Shown here piece after piece: positions 1 to 10,049 of a stretch of 64,000 nt of DNA. The translations under genes were made by a program, and so were the position numbers. Each line of letters opens with the position of its first letter. Position 1 is the first letter of the stretch. The notes below the pieces were generated by a model. That model was not told the DNA's origin. It searched no databases and worked only from the letters and a program-made list of their open reading frames with translations. The DNA comes from Candidatus Poribacteria bacterium (GTDB lineage: Bacteria; Poribacteria; WGA-4E; JAJDTR01): assembly GCA_965222225.1 (NCBI GenBank), contig CBDCTK010000002.1:2944001-3008000 (forward strand), in the 5' to 3' direction.

Positions 1-140
1 CAATATATACTAGTGTCATTGGTTTCTAGACGGATATCATGAAATTCCTAAATTTGCACTCATAAGGTGCGGAATATAGGTTACAGCATCAATTGGCTAT
101 TAAATCACTGGTAGGCGCGGTTTTCAACCGCGCCGTTCTT

Positions 141-2078
141 CTATAATGCGTTTGCCACCATCACCAAATCAAACACATTCACCACCCCATCCCCGTTCAC
201 ATCCGCCTCCAAACCATCCGTCCCCAACCCCTGCGCTACGAGTACCAAGTCAAGAATATCAACAATCCCGTCGCCGTTCAGGTCTGCCGGATTCACCGGT
301 TTCACCCGTAAGTACATCTCCCCGTCAAGATTCGGCAACTCGTGTTCCGTGTTTACCAAACCACTGGCTACGCCTTGCACTTCCTCTGGCAGAGCTATCA
401 CTTGCGGTTGCCCACTTCGATTATGGATTGCCCACCCGTTTGTAAATTCACGGATATAGAGTCCTTTAACATTGTTATAGGTTTGAGATTTCGCGCCTAT
501 AGGTTGGCCCAAATCTATATTCCAAAACTCGTACCAAAGTTCACCGTGTCCCGGTTTGATAAAATACACATAACCATCGGAGAGTGTAAGACTCAATGTG
601 GTAAAGGCGCGCATCCACCTAACATTCGCCGGGCTGTCAAGAGGCTCAAAAGGTAATTTCAAACCTTCCAGTGCGTTGATGCGAGGTTCTCGCAGGTTGG
701 ATTCGAGCCACTGGAGCGAATCGGCAATTTCCGAAAATAACAATTCCGCTGTCTCGGCGTCATGGTCGGACGGGACGATGGTTTCCATGAAACTGCCATT
801 TATGTGTGGTGCGTTGCGAGGCGCTATTCCCCTGTTCATATTGCCCATTACCAGAAAATCGGGGCGCACGTTTGACCTGATACGTTGCATGATAGCATCC
901 CGCGCCTGTTGCTCGGTGGCGTTGTCGATAAACGGGATATAGTTTTCGTCGTCGCCGAGCACGTTTCCAATTTCGCTCCACCAGTCAAGAAAAATGCCGT
1001 CGTAAAGACCACATTTCGAGACGGCGACCGCTTGTTGAACTATCATATCTTGGACGAGCGGATGCGTAAAGTTTATCACACGCCGCGGGCCATCATAGTA
1101 AACGTTGCCTTGATGATCGTGCACCCAAACCCAGTCGGGCGAATTCGGAGGCGGATAGCCGCCCCCTTCGTCACGCATCCTGATTTCCGCGATGGTAATC
1201 GTGTTCGGGTTGCGCGCCAAGAGCTCGTCGCGCTCGTTGACCGGTTTGGTCAGCGAACCTTTTACGCGCAGTTGCCACTTGCCGTCCGCATTGAATAAAT
1301 AATCGTAATAGAGGCCGATTCCAATAATAATCAGGTCATATTGCGAGTTGTGCTTGAAGGGACCGAAAATGGAAGGGAACGAACGATTTTCCAGACGGGG
1401 TGCCAGGGGTTCCGGCGGGAACTCGCAGGTCTGGTCATAATACAATGTTTCGATCGACAAGTGGTCAAGTATAGAGTGATCGATTATTAGGTTATCCTCG
1501 ATCTTCAGCACCTTTAGGTCTGTCAATCCGGCAAGCGGCGAGATGTCGGAAATACGGTTGCCATGCAACAACAACTTCTCCAGATTCGTCAAGTTGGCGA
1601 GCGGCGTCAAATCGGAAATACCATTGTAATGCATCTGAAGTATCCGCAGATTGGTTAATCTGCTAAGCGGGGATATGTCGGTAATGCCGTTTCCGTTTAG
1701 TATCAATATGTCCAAATTGCGGAGATTAGGGAGCGGAGCCAGGTCGGAAATTCGGTTCTCGCCCAACAACAACTCCTTCAGATTCGTCAAGTTGGCGAGC
1801 GGCGTCAAATCGGAAATACGGTTGCCATTCAAATCCAACAATCTCAAATTTGGCGCATGTTGCAGACCTTCGAGATTTTCAATCTCTCTATCCACCGCGT
1901 CTAGCCGCTCAAGCCGCCGCAAAGCTACTACCGTGATTCGTTCGGAATTGGCCCCAAGCGCCTCGGCAACGACAGCCCGTAGATTCGGGTCGGGGAATTG
2001 GACGACTTGGGCAAATGCGGGACCGCATAAGGTCATATAAAGCAAAAGATGAAGCATGATTTTCCGTCGAGAATTCAT
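141..2078 (-). CDS. Secreted internalin-like leucine-rich-repeat protein with putative glycoside-hydrolase-like domain and C-terminal dockerin/EF-hand domain
   Basis: Signal peptide, 22-aa LRRs (LxxLxLxxNxISDLTPL), central YDGIFLDWW motif and C-terminal DLNGDGIVDILDL/DVNGDGVVNVFDL. Start placed at 2078 after an AAGGAG RBS. Confidence 0.8.
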   Translation of the reverse strand: MNSRRKIMLHLLLYMTLCGPAFAQVVQFPDPNLRAVVAEALGANSERITVVALRRLERLDAVDREIENLEGLQHAPNLRLLDLNGNRISDLTPLANLTNLKELLLGENRISDLAPLPNLRNLDILILNGNGITDISPLSRLTNLRILQMHYNGISDLTPLANLTNLEKLLLHGNRISDISPLAGLTDLKVLKIEDNLIIDHSILDHLSIETLYYDQTCEFPPEPLAPRLENRSFPSIFGPFKHNSQYDLIIIGIGLYYDYLFNADGKWQLRVKGSLTKPVNERDELLARNPNTITIAEIRMRDEGGGYPPPNSPDWVWVHDHQGNVYYDGPRRVINFTHPLVQDMIVQQAVAVSKCGLYDGIFLDWWSEIGNVLGDDENYIPFIDNATEQQARDAIMQRIRSNVRPDFLVMGNMNRGIAPRNAPHINGSFMETIVPSDHDAETAELLFSEIADSLQWLESNLREPRINALEGLKLPFEPLDSPANVRWMRAFTTLSLTLSDGYVYFIKPGHGELWYEFWNIDLGQPIGAKSQTYNNVKGLYIREFTNGWAIHNRSGQPQVIALPEEVQGVASGLVNTEHELPNLDGEMYLRVKPVNPADLNGDGIVDILDLVLVAQGLGTDGLEADVNGDGVVNVFDLVMVANAL

Positions 2079-2379
2079 CAATTTCTCCTTTTCAATCACA
2101 GGCATTCCTATAGATTCAGCCAGTTCCTCCGTAACGCGAATGATTCTACCACACCTCCTGTTTCCCATCTATACAAAACGAGGTTTGAAGGGATGCTCGA
2201 TAGACCTTGAAACTACAATCACGGGACGGCGCGGGAGCATCCTCTACGGTTAATGATATCGGTTGACCAATAGGTGGAAAGCGGGTAAAATGGGTTTCGG
2301 TTACATCAGCAAAAACACACTGAGTTTCGCAACCCAATCTCTCCACAGCGGACTTTAATCTTAGCATACGAGACGACCT

Positions 2380-3843
2380 GTGCCTCGACCGAATATCATT
2401 CTCTTCCACGCCGAAAGCTGGGATGGCCGCATGCTCGGCTGTGCCGGACATCCGGCGCTCCGTCATGCCACGCCGAACGTCGACCGCATTGCGGAGTCCG
2501 GCGCCTTCTTCGAGAACGCCTACTGCACCCACCCCATCTGCTGCCCGTCGCGCGCCAATATGTGGTCGGGGCGGTACACGCACCATTGCGAGAGTTGGAA
2601 CAACTTCAAAGGGCTTGAGCCGGGGATGTGGTCGCTGCTCGGCGAACTCCCCAAAACCCACGTCGTCGGGAATTTCGGGAAGCTGGATTACATGTCGGGG
2701 AGTCACTCTCAATCGGCGCGGCTCGGGGCGTGGCTGGCTACCAGCGGAATCAACAAGCCGAACTTCGACAAGGACAAATCGCAGTGTTTCAGCGTGGAGC
2801 CGAGTGATGAAATACGCTGTCATCAGCGCGATTGGGATTACGTTGACGGGGCGGTGGACTTTCTGAAACAACGCCGGGAGGAGCCGTTTTTCCTGTGTAT
2901 CAGCCCGGGGCTCGCCCACGCGCCGTTCCGAACGAATCGCCATTGGCTGGACCGGATCCCGGAGGAGGCGGTCGATATCCCGGCTATGGACAGCACCGAC
3001 CATCCGGTTCGATTGTATCAGCGCATGACCAAGGCGTGGCGCTACGGGTTGGACGAATCGGTGGTGCGGCAGGTACGCCGAATCTACTTCGCCATGTGCG
3101 CCGAGGCGGATGCGCTCGTGGGACGGGTGTACGATGCGGTGCGGGCGCTCGGTTTGGCGGAGAACACGTACTTCGTCTTCGCGAGCGACCACGGTGAGTT
3201 GGCGTTGGAGCACCAAGAGTGGTACAAGATGTCTTTCTATGAAGGTTCCGTTCGCGTGCCGCTTATCGTCACGGGGCCCGGTGTTGAACGCGGACTTCGC
3301 TTATCGAATCTGGTGTCACTCATCGACATCTGCCCGACCTTCATGGAGATGGCGGGGCTGCCGCAGCCGGAAATGCTTGACGGCGAATCGCTGTTGCCGC
3401 TGGTCACCGGAGACACCATCGAGAGCCGCGACTCGGCTTATGCCTGTTTTACGGGCATCACGCTCAACACGTCGGGTTATATGCTGCGGAAAGGCGAGTG
3501 GAAATATGTGGCGTATGTCGACTATCCGGCTCAGTTGTTCAATATCGAAACCGATCCGGGGGAACTGGACGACGTGTGCACGGAGCGACCCGATATCGCT
3601 GCCCGGATGGATTCGGAGTTGCGCTCCATCGTGGATTATGAGCAGACGCATCGGGACCTGCTCGCATACAACAAGGAGGCGTTCCGGCAGTGGCGGCGTC
3701 AAGCCTTGCGGGGCTTGCACCTGGATCAGCGCTACGCGCTAGAGAACAACCCGTCAACCGACTATTGGAGGATTATGGACAACTGTTTCACGGGATATAA
3801 CGAGGATGACGAGGAATTGGTTAACCAGTGGTTGGAGGCGTGA
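2380..3843 (+). CDS. Formylglycine-dependent sulfatase (choline-sulfatase-like)
   Basis: PNIILF N-terminus, CCPSR motif, SDHGE, YEGSVRVPLI. Confidence 0.9.
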   Translation: MPRPNIILFHAESWDGRMLGCAGHPALRHATPNVDRIAESGAFFENAYCTHPICCPSRANMWSGRYTHHCESWNNFKGLEPGMWSLLGELPKTHVVGNFGKLDYMSGSHSQSARLGAWLATSGINKPNFDKDKSQCFSVEPSDEIRCHQRDWDYVDGAVDFLKQRREEPFFLCISPGLAHAPFRTNRHWLDRIPEEAVDIPAMDSTDHPVRLYQRMTKAWRYGLDESVVRQVRRIYFAMCAEADALVGRVYDAVRALGLAENTYFVFASDHGELALEHQEWYKMSFYEGSVRVPLIVTGPGVERGLRLSNLVSLIDICPTFMEMAGLPQPEMLDGESLLPLVTGDTIESRDSAYACFTGITLNTSGYMLRKGEWKYVAYVDYPAQLFNIETDPGELDDVCTERPDIAARMDSELRSIVDYEQTHRDLLAYNKEAFRQWRRQALRGLHLDQRYALENNPSTDYWRIMDNCFTGYNEDDEELVNQWLEA

Positions 3844-4034
3844 GAAGCAGTGGCCAGTGGCTAGTGAAGCGGAGATCCGCGCGTGATGGGAGGAAGAGGA
3901 CGAGGGGAAGGGTGGTAAAGCAGACAACGGGAAAACGAGTGAACGAGAAAACGGGAAGGGGGGAAGGTTGTAAGAGTGGAAGGAAGAAACCGAGTTTTGA
4001 GGAAAAAACTCGGTTTCAGCTTTCAGAGGCTGGT

Positions 4035-4071
4035 GGGATCTCTATCGCGCTCCCTATTCGGTCACTTGATC
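4035..4071. repeat. Covarying ~37-nt hairpin element inserted in a REP palindrome
   Basis: GGGATCTCTATCGC-gc-TC-cc-TATTC-gg-TC-ac-TTGATC splits ggctggtgg|gcagtgcgcaccctaca; compare the intact REP at 9898-9923. Confidence 0.85.
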
Positions 4072-4118
4072 GCAGTGCGCACCCTACAAATATACTCGAA
4101 TATTGCAGAGGAAATCAT

Positions 4119-4598
4119 ATGATTTCCGAATCTGAAGGGGTGGAGTCGCTGCGCGGGCGGCATTGGCAATTCACTGACATCGGACTTACGCCCAATCAGA
4201 CGCATCAACTCGCGGGGGTTTCCGGGGCGTGCCTCGAAATTGAGGCGGTCATTGACCCGGGCAGCGCGAGGGAGTGTCGGCTAGGGGTGCTATGCGGGGA
4301 CAATGACAGGGAGCAGACACCCATCGTTTATGACGCAGAGAGGAGGTCAATCTCACTGAAGGGAGTGAATGATGCTTTGGATTTGGCGGCGGGCGAATTT
4401 CTGAGGTTGCGGGTGTTTATCGACCGGTCGTTGGTGGAGGTGTTCGCGAATCGGCGCGTATGTCTGAGTGCGTGGTCGTATCCGCGTCAGGAGGAAGGAG
4501 GATTTGTGAGGTTGTCGGCTGTCGGGGGGCGTGCGCTGGTGAAGTCGATTGATGTTTGGGAGATGGGAGGAAAGCAGTGGTCTGTGGTCAGTGACTAG
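4119..4598 (+). pseudogene. Isolated GH32 C-terminal beta-sandwich domain (probable gene relic)
   Basis: LRLRVFIDRSLVEVFAN motif. No catalytic propeller is present upstream, and the longer ORF from 3828 only translates repeats. Confidence 0.65.
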
Positions 4599-4769
4599 TG
4601 GTGAAAGTGGGAAGGATGGAAGGGGAGGAAGACGGGAAGAATGTAAAACAGTGGGCAGTGGCTAGTGGTGAGAGCGGAAGGGAGGAAGAGGGAGATGCGG
4701 TGCTGGGTTTCACCGGGAGCCGTATCAATCAACCTACGGGCTGAGAATGAAAGTCGGAGGACATGACTA

Positions 4770-6014
4770 ATGAGAGAAACGGATTTTGTGTTGGACGGAA
4801 CCCTACGCTCGGATGGAGCATCAATTCGCGACGTAGGGTCGAATCATTTCAGATTGACGCTGGGGCGTGTACCCCAACCCACGATGGCTACGGCGCAGAT
4901 TCCGCCGCATCTCGGAAAGCATTATCCGGGGCGGCAGGAGGGTTGGGCAAACTGGGTGCGATTCGAGATTGCCCGCAACCCCAAGGGGAACGCACTTCGG
5001 CTTGATGTGGAATTCGACGCGCCCGAAGAGTGGGGCACATTTCGCTCGCAAAAGGAGGGCGGCGTGCCGTATCCGTTCACAAACTACGATCCGTGCTGGT
5101 CTTACGACGGGGAGGAGTGGAGGTATATCTCGTGGGAGGAGGATTTTGTTCCGGGACGCGCGGGGACGCTCATCTTTCCACCGTTCGAGCAGGATCGGGT
5201 GCTGGTTTGCACGCAGTTACCGATGACCGTTGAGGATGCGGAGGCGATGCTTGCGGAGTGGCAAGAACACCCGCATGTGGAGGTGCATATTCTCGGGGAG
5301 TCGATCGGGGGGCGGAAACTTCATCGCGTGACCATCACCGATCCGCAGGGAAACGTGCCGCCTTCACGCCGCTGGGTGCATCATGCCGCCAATCAGCATC
5401 CGGGCGAAGGGGTGTCGCAGTGGTACATCGCGGGAATGGTAAAGTGGTTCTTGAGCGATGAGGCGGCGGAGGCACGCTCTTGGACGATTGGGCATTTCAC
5501 GCTCATGATGAATCCCGACGGCGTCGACCATGGGTGGTGCCGCGTCAACGCGCAGGGGATTGATAGTAACCGGAATTTTCGGGTGGAGGGGTCTGATCAG
5601 GCGCTCCAGCCACATGAGGCGTTCATCTTCCAGCGAGATTTTGAGTCGCTCCTACACTCCGATGCTCCGGTGACGACGAGTTGGGCGATGCATTCGTCGC
5701 CATCGGCAAAACTGTCACCGATGTTGGTTGGTCGGGGACCGGAGTTGCGGGGCGTGTTGGGGCCTGACGAGGATTTCGGGGCGTTGTTGAAGGAGCGTGA
5801 TCCGAACAACTTGATTAACGACTATCGTGAGCATCATAGGGGAGTGACGCCGGAGTGCTTTTGGGACGGGGGACCGCATCATGCGTGGGGTATCACAACG
5901 TTTCTGGTTGAGGGAGGCGGAAAGGGTCTTAACAAAGCGCAGGCTATCGAGGCTGGGGGTATTCTTATGCGGGCGCTTACGGCGTATTATGCTGGGGATC
6001 AACTGAGCGGATAG
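4770..6014 (+). CDS. M14-family zinc carboxypeptidase-like protein
   Basis: QHPGE (HxxE), MNPDG, DSNRNF and a downstream His (AMHS). Confidence 0.8.
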   Translation: MRETDFVLDGTLRSDGASIRDVGSNHFRLTLGRVPQPTMATAQIPPHLGKHYPGRQEGWANWVRFEIARNPKGNALRLDVEFDAPEEWGTFRSQKEGGVPYPFTNYDPCWSYDGEEWRYISWEEDFVPGRAGTLIFPPFEQDRVLVCTQLPMTVEDAEAMLAEWQEHPHVEVHILGESIGGRKLHRVTITDPQGNVPPSRRWVHHAANQHPGEGVSQWYIAGMVKWFLSDEAAEARSWTIGHFTLMMNPDGVDHGWCRVNAQGIDSNRNFRVEGSDQALQPHEAFIFQRDFESLLHSDAPVTTSWAMHSSPSAKLSPMLVGRGPELRGVLGPDEDFGALLKERDPNNLINDYREHHRGVTPECFWDGGPHHAWGITTFLVEGGGKGLNKAQAIEAGGILMRALTAYYAGDQLSG

Positions 6015-6030
6015 CGAAGACGATAGAGAT

Positions 6031-6116
6031 GGTGGGCGGTGCCCACCCTACAGAGGTCGCGACCTGGAGAGGGATTTCTATCGCACTCCTTATTCAGTCG
6101 CTTGATCGCTCCTACA
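6031..6116. repeat. Two REP-like palindromes, the second split by a hairpin element (6071-6107)
   Basis: ggtgggcggtgcccaccctaca, then gtcgcgacctggaga[element]gctcctaca. Confidence 0.8.
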
Positions 6117-6181
6117 TAGGAAGAAAGGGTATCGGGGATTCGGTGACTGCCGATCCCGCCCTGCACAGAGGAGGTTTGGGA

Positions 6182-7522
6182 ATGAACACTGTATTTCAGA
6201 TTATACCGTGTCAGGTTCAATTCGGCGTTATAATGTTGGCGGCTCTGGTCGCGTATCTGCTGTTGGTTTCGGCGGGGTGTGTCGATGACATAGATAATCT
6301 GGCGGGACCGAAGCCTTTGGTCGTTACAGCGATTGACGGCGCGGCGTTGCAGAAGGCGATGGATCGGCATACGGGCAGGACGGTGCGTATCAGTGAGCCG
6401 ACGACGATAACCTGCTCCGTGTTGGAATCTGTCGTCGGCGATGAAATCTCGCGGCATGCGCTGCTGATTCCTCCGGGTATCGAGCTTGACCTGAACGGCA
6501 GCACGCTGACCCTCGATCTCCGTTCCAACTCGCACGGCGTCAGGCTCTCCAGCAATTCCGCCATTCGCAACGGGACAATCCGGGTCGTGCACAGCGAGGG
6601 CAAAGGGTCGCAGGCGATTTGGCATTCGGGCATCAGCGTGGGCGCTCCGTACGACGATGGCGGCACGCCCGCGAAGCCGAGTTATTTCTCCAAAGTGTCC
6701 AACTGGCGGATCGAGGATATCACCATCGATCAGCAGGTGGAGGCGTCCGCTATTCAACTGATGTCCGAGGCGTGTTTCGGCGTGATCCGACGCGTTCGGA
6801 TTCTTGATTCTTCGAAGGCGTTGATCGGCATTGGATTGGACTGGGGGAGCGTCGGGAAGGTGACCACGGCGGATGACCAGATTCCCCGTATGCGCGAGCT
6901 GTGGGAACGGGGTGAAATCTATAGCACGCACCCGCATGACATTCTGATTGAGGATATCCGTGTCGGGCATCTCACGCGGAATGTTGACGGCAACGACGCC
7001 GGAGTCCGCTGCTCGGCGTGTTACAATATCCAGATCCGAAACCTGCAGGTGGCGTCGGCGGCGACCGCGGTGGCGATTTTCGGCGGGGACTGCGGTTTTG
7101 AGTTTGCGCCAATATCACTTCGTCCGTTGGCTCACGCGGGATACGAGATTGATAGCGTGGTGATTGATACGGCGTTCCGTTACGGGATTGTGTTGAACGG
7201 GTTGGCGGACAATGTTTATCGGTCAAGCGAGAATTACGGTTATGAAACGCTGATTGATACGGCGCATCCCGGATTGAATCGCGTGGTGGTGAGTGACTGC
7301 CGGCTGAACGGCGGGGGCACGCCGAACAATCAGGGCATCTTTATCACGGCGGTTACGGAGGCGGAGGTGCGGAATGTAGTGGTGGAGGGGTTCGGGATGG
7401 GAGCGAGAATCAAGAATTGGGTGAACGGATTGCGTTTTGTGAATTGCGATTTGGCTCGGAATAATGAGCCGTATACGGTTCTTAGCACCGTCGAAGCGCC
7501 GAGGAATTTGGTGTTTGAATAA
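6182..7522 (+). CDS. Probable lipoprotein with right-handed beta-helix (pectin-lyase-like) fold
   Basis: GAGGAGG RBS, LVSAGC lipobox-like motif, repeated I-x-I-E-D-I / I-R-N beta-helix strands. Confidence 0.6.
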   Translation: MNTVFQIIPCQVQFGVIMLAALVAYLLLVSAGCVDDIDNLAGPKPLVVTAIDGAALQKAMDRHTGRTVRISEPTTITCSVLESVVGDEISRHALLIPPGIELDLNGSTLTLDLRSNSHGVRLSSNSAIRNGTIRVVHSEGKGSQAIWHSGISVGAPYDDGGTPAKPSYFSKVSNWRIEDITIDQQVEASAIQLMSEACFGVIRRVRILDSSKALIGIGLDWGSVGKVTTADDQIPRMRELWERGEIYSTHPHDILIEDIRVGHLTRNVDGNDAGVRCSACYNIQIRNLQVASAATAVAIFGGDCGFEFAPISLRPLAHAGYEIDSVVIDTAFRYGIVLNGLADNVYRSSENYGYETLIDTAHPGLNRVVVSDCRLNGGGTPNNQGIFITAVTEAEVRNVVVEGFGMGARIKNWVNGLRFVNCDLARNNEPYTVLSTVEAPRNLVFE

Positions 7523-7676
7523 TGGTGGCGAAGCCATTTTTAGTGATTTGAGATACTACACACCTTTCGCATCGCTCGTGCTTTCAAAGGCTGATCGGGA
7601 GTGCCCACCCTACAGGGTCGCGATCGGGAGATTGTTCCTACAGACAATCAAAGCGGACGGAAAAAAGCTATCGCAC

Positions 7677-7713
7677 GGGATCTCTATCGCACTCCTTGTT
7701 CAGTCGCCTGATC
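7677..7713. repeat. Covarying hairpin element
   Basis: GGGATCTCTATCGC-ac-TC-ct-TGTTC-ag-TC-gc-CTGATC. Confidence 0.85.
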
Positions 7714-7756
7714 GCTACTACAATCGAAACCCGAGTCCGCGTGCACGACGCTGTTG

Positions 7757-9652
7757 ATGAAATCCAACACTTCCGCTCAACTTAGGCTTAAAGTTGCCCT
7801 CCTCGTCGCGCTGTTAATTCCGCTAAACGCCGCGTTTCAGATGCAGCCGGGCTTGGCGCACATGTCGATGATCTCGCTGCTCTACAACGCGGTCACAATT
7901 CTGTTCGTTCTGGTGGCGTTCAGCCGTCTCATTGAGAAATTCCTTCCGAAACTTGCGCTTTCCCGCGCCGAGTTGCTCTCGCTTTATGTGTCGGTCTCCC
8001 TATCGACGTCAATTGGCGGGCACATGTGCGTGCAGATTCTGATCTCCGTCATCAGCTACGCCTTCGCGTTCGCGACGCCGGAGAACGACTGGCAGGCGCT
8101 GTTCTGGAACTACATTCCCGAGTGGCTGTCGGTCAGAGACAAGGGAGCGCTGGATAACCTGTATCGCGGGGACTCCACGCTGTACCTCGCGCCGCACATC
8201 AGGGCGTGGTCGCCGCCGATGTTCGTGTGGGGTTGTTTTCTGTTTGCGCTGTTTTCGGTGATGTTGGCTATCAACTTCATCCTGCGGAAACAGTGGACGG
8301 AAAACGAGAGGCTGAGCTATCCGCTTATTCAGTTGCCGCTGGAGATGACAAGCCGGAGGCGCAGCTTTTTCGGGAGCAAGGCGATGTGGATCGGCTTTGG
8401 CGTCGCCGCGTTTATTGATCTGCTCAACGGGTTCAACCATCTCTTTCCGCAGATACCGCGCATCGGTCTCACGCGCTCTAGGGAAAACGACCTCGCCGAC
8501 CTGTTTACCATCCATCCTTGGGATGCCATTGGCTGGTTGCCGGTGGGCATTTATCCGTTCGCTGTCGGCTTGGCGTTTTTCATTCCGCTGGATCTGTCGT
8601 TCTCGGTCTGGGTGTTTTACCTGTATTGGAAACTTCAGCGGGTCTTGGGGAGCGCTTTTGCTTTGCCGCACGGGTTTCCGTATGCCTCGGAGCAGTCGTT
8701 CGGCGCTTACGCCGGTATCGGGGTGATGGGGCTCTGGGCGGCAAGGAGGCATCTGGTTCAGGTCGCCAGAAAATGCTTGGGGGTGAGTTCGCGCGTCGAC
8801 GATGCCGATGAACCGCTGTCGTATCGCGGGACGGCAATCTGGCTGCTGGCGAGTTTGGCGTTCCTGTTCGCGTTCTGTCATCGGGCAGGGATGTCTTTCT
8901 GGGTAATCGCCCTATTCTTCGGGCTGTATTATATGTTGGCTATCGGGATTACGCGGGTGCGGGCGGAGCTCGGCTCGCCGGTGCATGATCAGCATTTTGC
9001 CGGGGCGGATGAGATGACGTATGCTTTTGCCGGCGCCAAGCCGCTCGGCACGAGCAATATGACGATGCTTTCTTACTTCTACTTCTTTAATCGGGCATAC
9101 GACTGCCTGCTGATGCCGCATCAGCTCGAAGGGCTGAAGATTGCCGAGCGGGCGGATATTCAGTATCGGCGGTTCGGGGGCGTCATGGTCTTTGCAACGG
9201 TGCTGGGTATCGCCACGTCGATCTGGGGGTATCTGCATTTTGCCTATCAGGGTGAGATTAACACCGGTTGGGCGGGCGAAGAGGCGTTCCAGCGGCTTGA
9301 GGGTTGGCTGGCGCATCCGTCGGGGACAAATGGATCGGTTATCACAGCGATCGGCGTCGGATTTTTGGTGTCGGTCGCGCTGACGCTGATGCGGGGGCAA
9401 TTTCTTTGGATGCCGTTGCACGCGGCTGGCTATGCCGTCACCACGACGTGGACGATGAATTTTTTCTGGTTCTCTATCTTCGTCAGCTTTGTGTTGAAAT
9501 GGCTGATTGTCAAGCACCGCGGGCTGCGGGGTTTTCGCAGGGCGGCGCCGTTTTTTCTGGGGTTGGTGCTTGGCGAGTTTGTGGTTACGACGTTTTGGGG
9601 GGTGTTCGGGATAGTCACGGGGCAGTCGACGTATATTACGATTGATATGTAG
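7757..9652 (+). CDS. Polytopic membrane protein, DUF6785/DUF6784-like (putative transporter)
   Basis: About 14 hydrophobic segments; LRKQWTENERLSYPL, RVRAELG and GLVLGE motifs. Confidence 0.7.
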   Translation: MKSNTSAQLRLKVALLVALLIPLNAAFQMQPGLAHMSMISLLYNAVTILFVLVAFSRLIEKFLPKLALSRAELLSLYVSVSLSTSIGGHMCVQILISVISYAFAFATPENDWQALFWNYIPEWLSVRDKGALDNLYRGDSTLYLAPHIRAWSPPMFVWGCFLFALFSVMLAINFILRKQWTENERLSYPLIQLPLEMTSRRRSFFGSKAMWIGFGVAAFIDLLNGFNHLFPQIPRIGLTRSRENDLADLFTIHPWDAIGWLPVGIYPFAVGLAFFIPLDLSFSVWVFYLYWKLQRVLGSAFALPHGFPYASEQSFGAYAGIGVMGLWAARRHLVQVARKCLGVSSRVDDADEPLSYRGTAIWLLASLAFLFAFCHRAGMSFWVIALFFGLYYMLAIGITRVRAELGSPVHDQHFAGADEMTYAFAGAKPLGTSNMTMLSYFYFFNRAYDCLLMPHQLEGLKIAERADIQYRRFGGVMVFATVLGIATSIWGYLHFAYQGEINTGWAGEEAFQRLEGWLAHPSGTNGSVITAIGVGFLVSVALTLMRGQFLWMPLHAAGYAVTTTWTMNFFWFSIFVSFVLKWLIVKHRGLRGFRRAAPFFLGLVLGEFVVTTFWGVFGIVTGQSTYITIDM

Positions 9653-9711
9653 CCAGTGGGGAAGGAAGGATGGTCAAGATTCCGAGTTGAAGGGTTGGTA
9701 ATTGTCTGAAT

Positions 9712-9839
9712 GGGATCTCTATCGGGATTTACTATCGCCTTCGCTATCCACTCAGTTGATCGGATTAAGGGATTTCTATGGAATCTCTATCGCAGTCATT
9801 ATCCATTCCTTTGATCGCTCATTATCCATTCGCTTGATT
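9712..9839. repeat. Cluster of nested covarying hairpin elements
   Basis: Copies at 9724-9761, 9780-9816 (inner) and 9769-9838 (outer), plus a 5' stub. Confidence 0.85.
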
Positions 9840-9901
9840 GGCACCGTCTTTTATCCCGCTTAAATGTACAAAGTCGAGCTAAGGCGTTATTACAAAAGGC
9901 T

Positions 9902-9923
9902 GGTGGGCAGTGCCCACCCTACA
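9902..9923. repeat. REP-like palindrome, GTAGGGTGGGCACTGCCCACC family
   Basis: GTAG plus hairpin. Other copies near 6031, 7600, 13127, 25842, 36403 and 44496. Confidence 0.85.
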
Positions 9924-10049
9924 GAAAACTACAGGAGATTGATTTCACTTGACATCGCGCCCTTTGTTCGCTTATCGTGTTTAGTTAAATTCACCTTATT
10001 TTGCAGTGATTCTGGGAAACGACACTATTCGTTTTAGAGGTACATTGTT

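Noticed and set aside
111-134. Hairpin after the LRR gene as an intrinsic terminator
   Set aside because: It starts with GTAG like the REP families and lacks a U-tract on the relevant strand.
2146-3216. Long antisense ORFs (also 5999-6970, 8009-8881, 20461-21396 and 56885-57550)
   Set aside because: They are shadow frames of GC-rich genes with no recognisable motifs.
3828-4118. N-terminal extension of the GH32-like ORF (similarly 6029-6181 and 56246-56641)
   Set aside because: These translate REP and hairpin repeats, giving recurring peptides such as GISIAL...SLDR and KKPSFEEKTRF, and are not real coding sequence.
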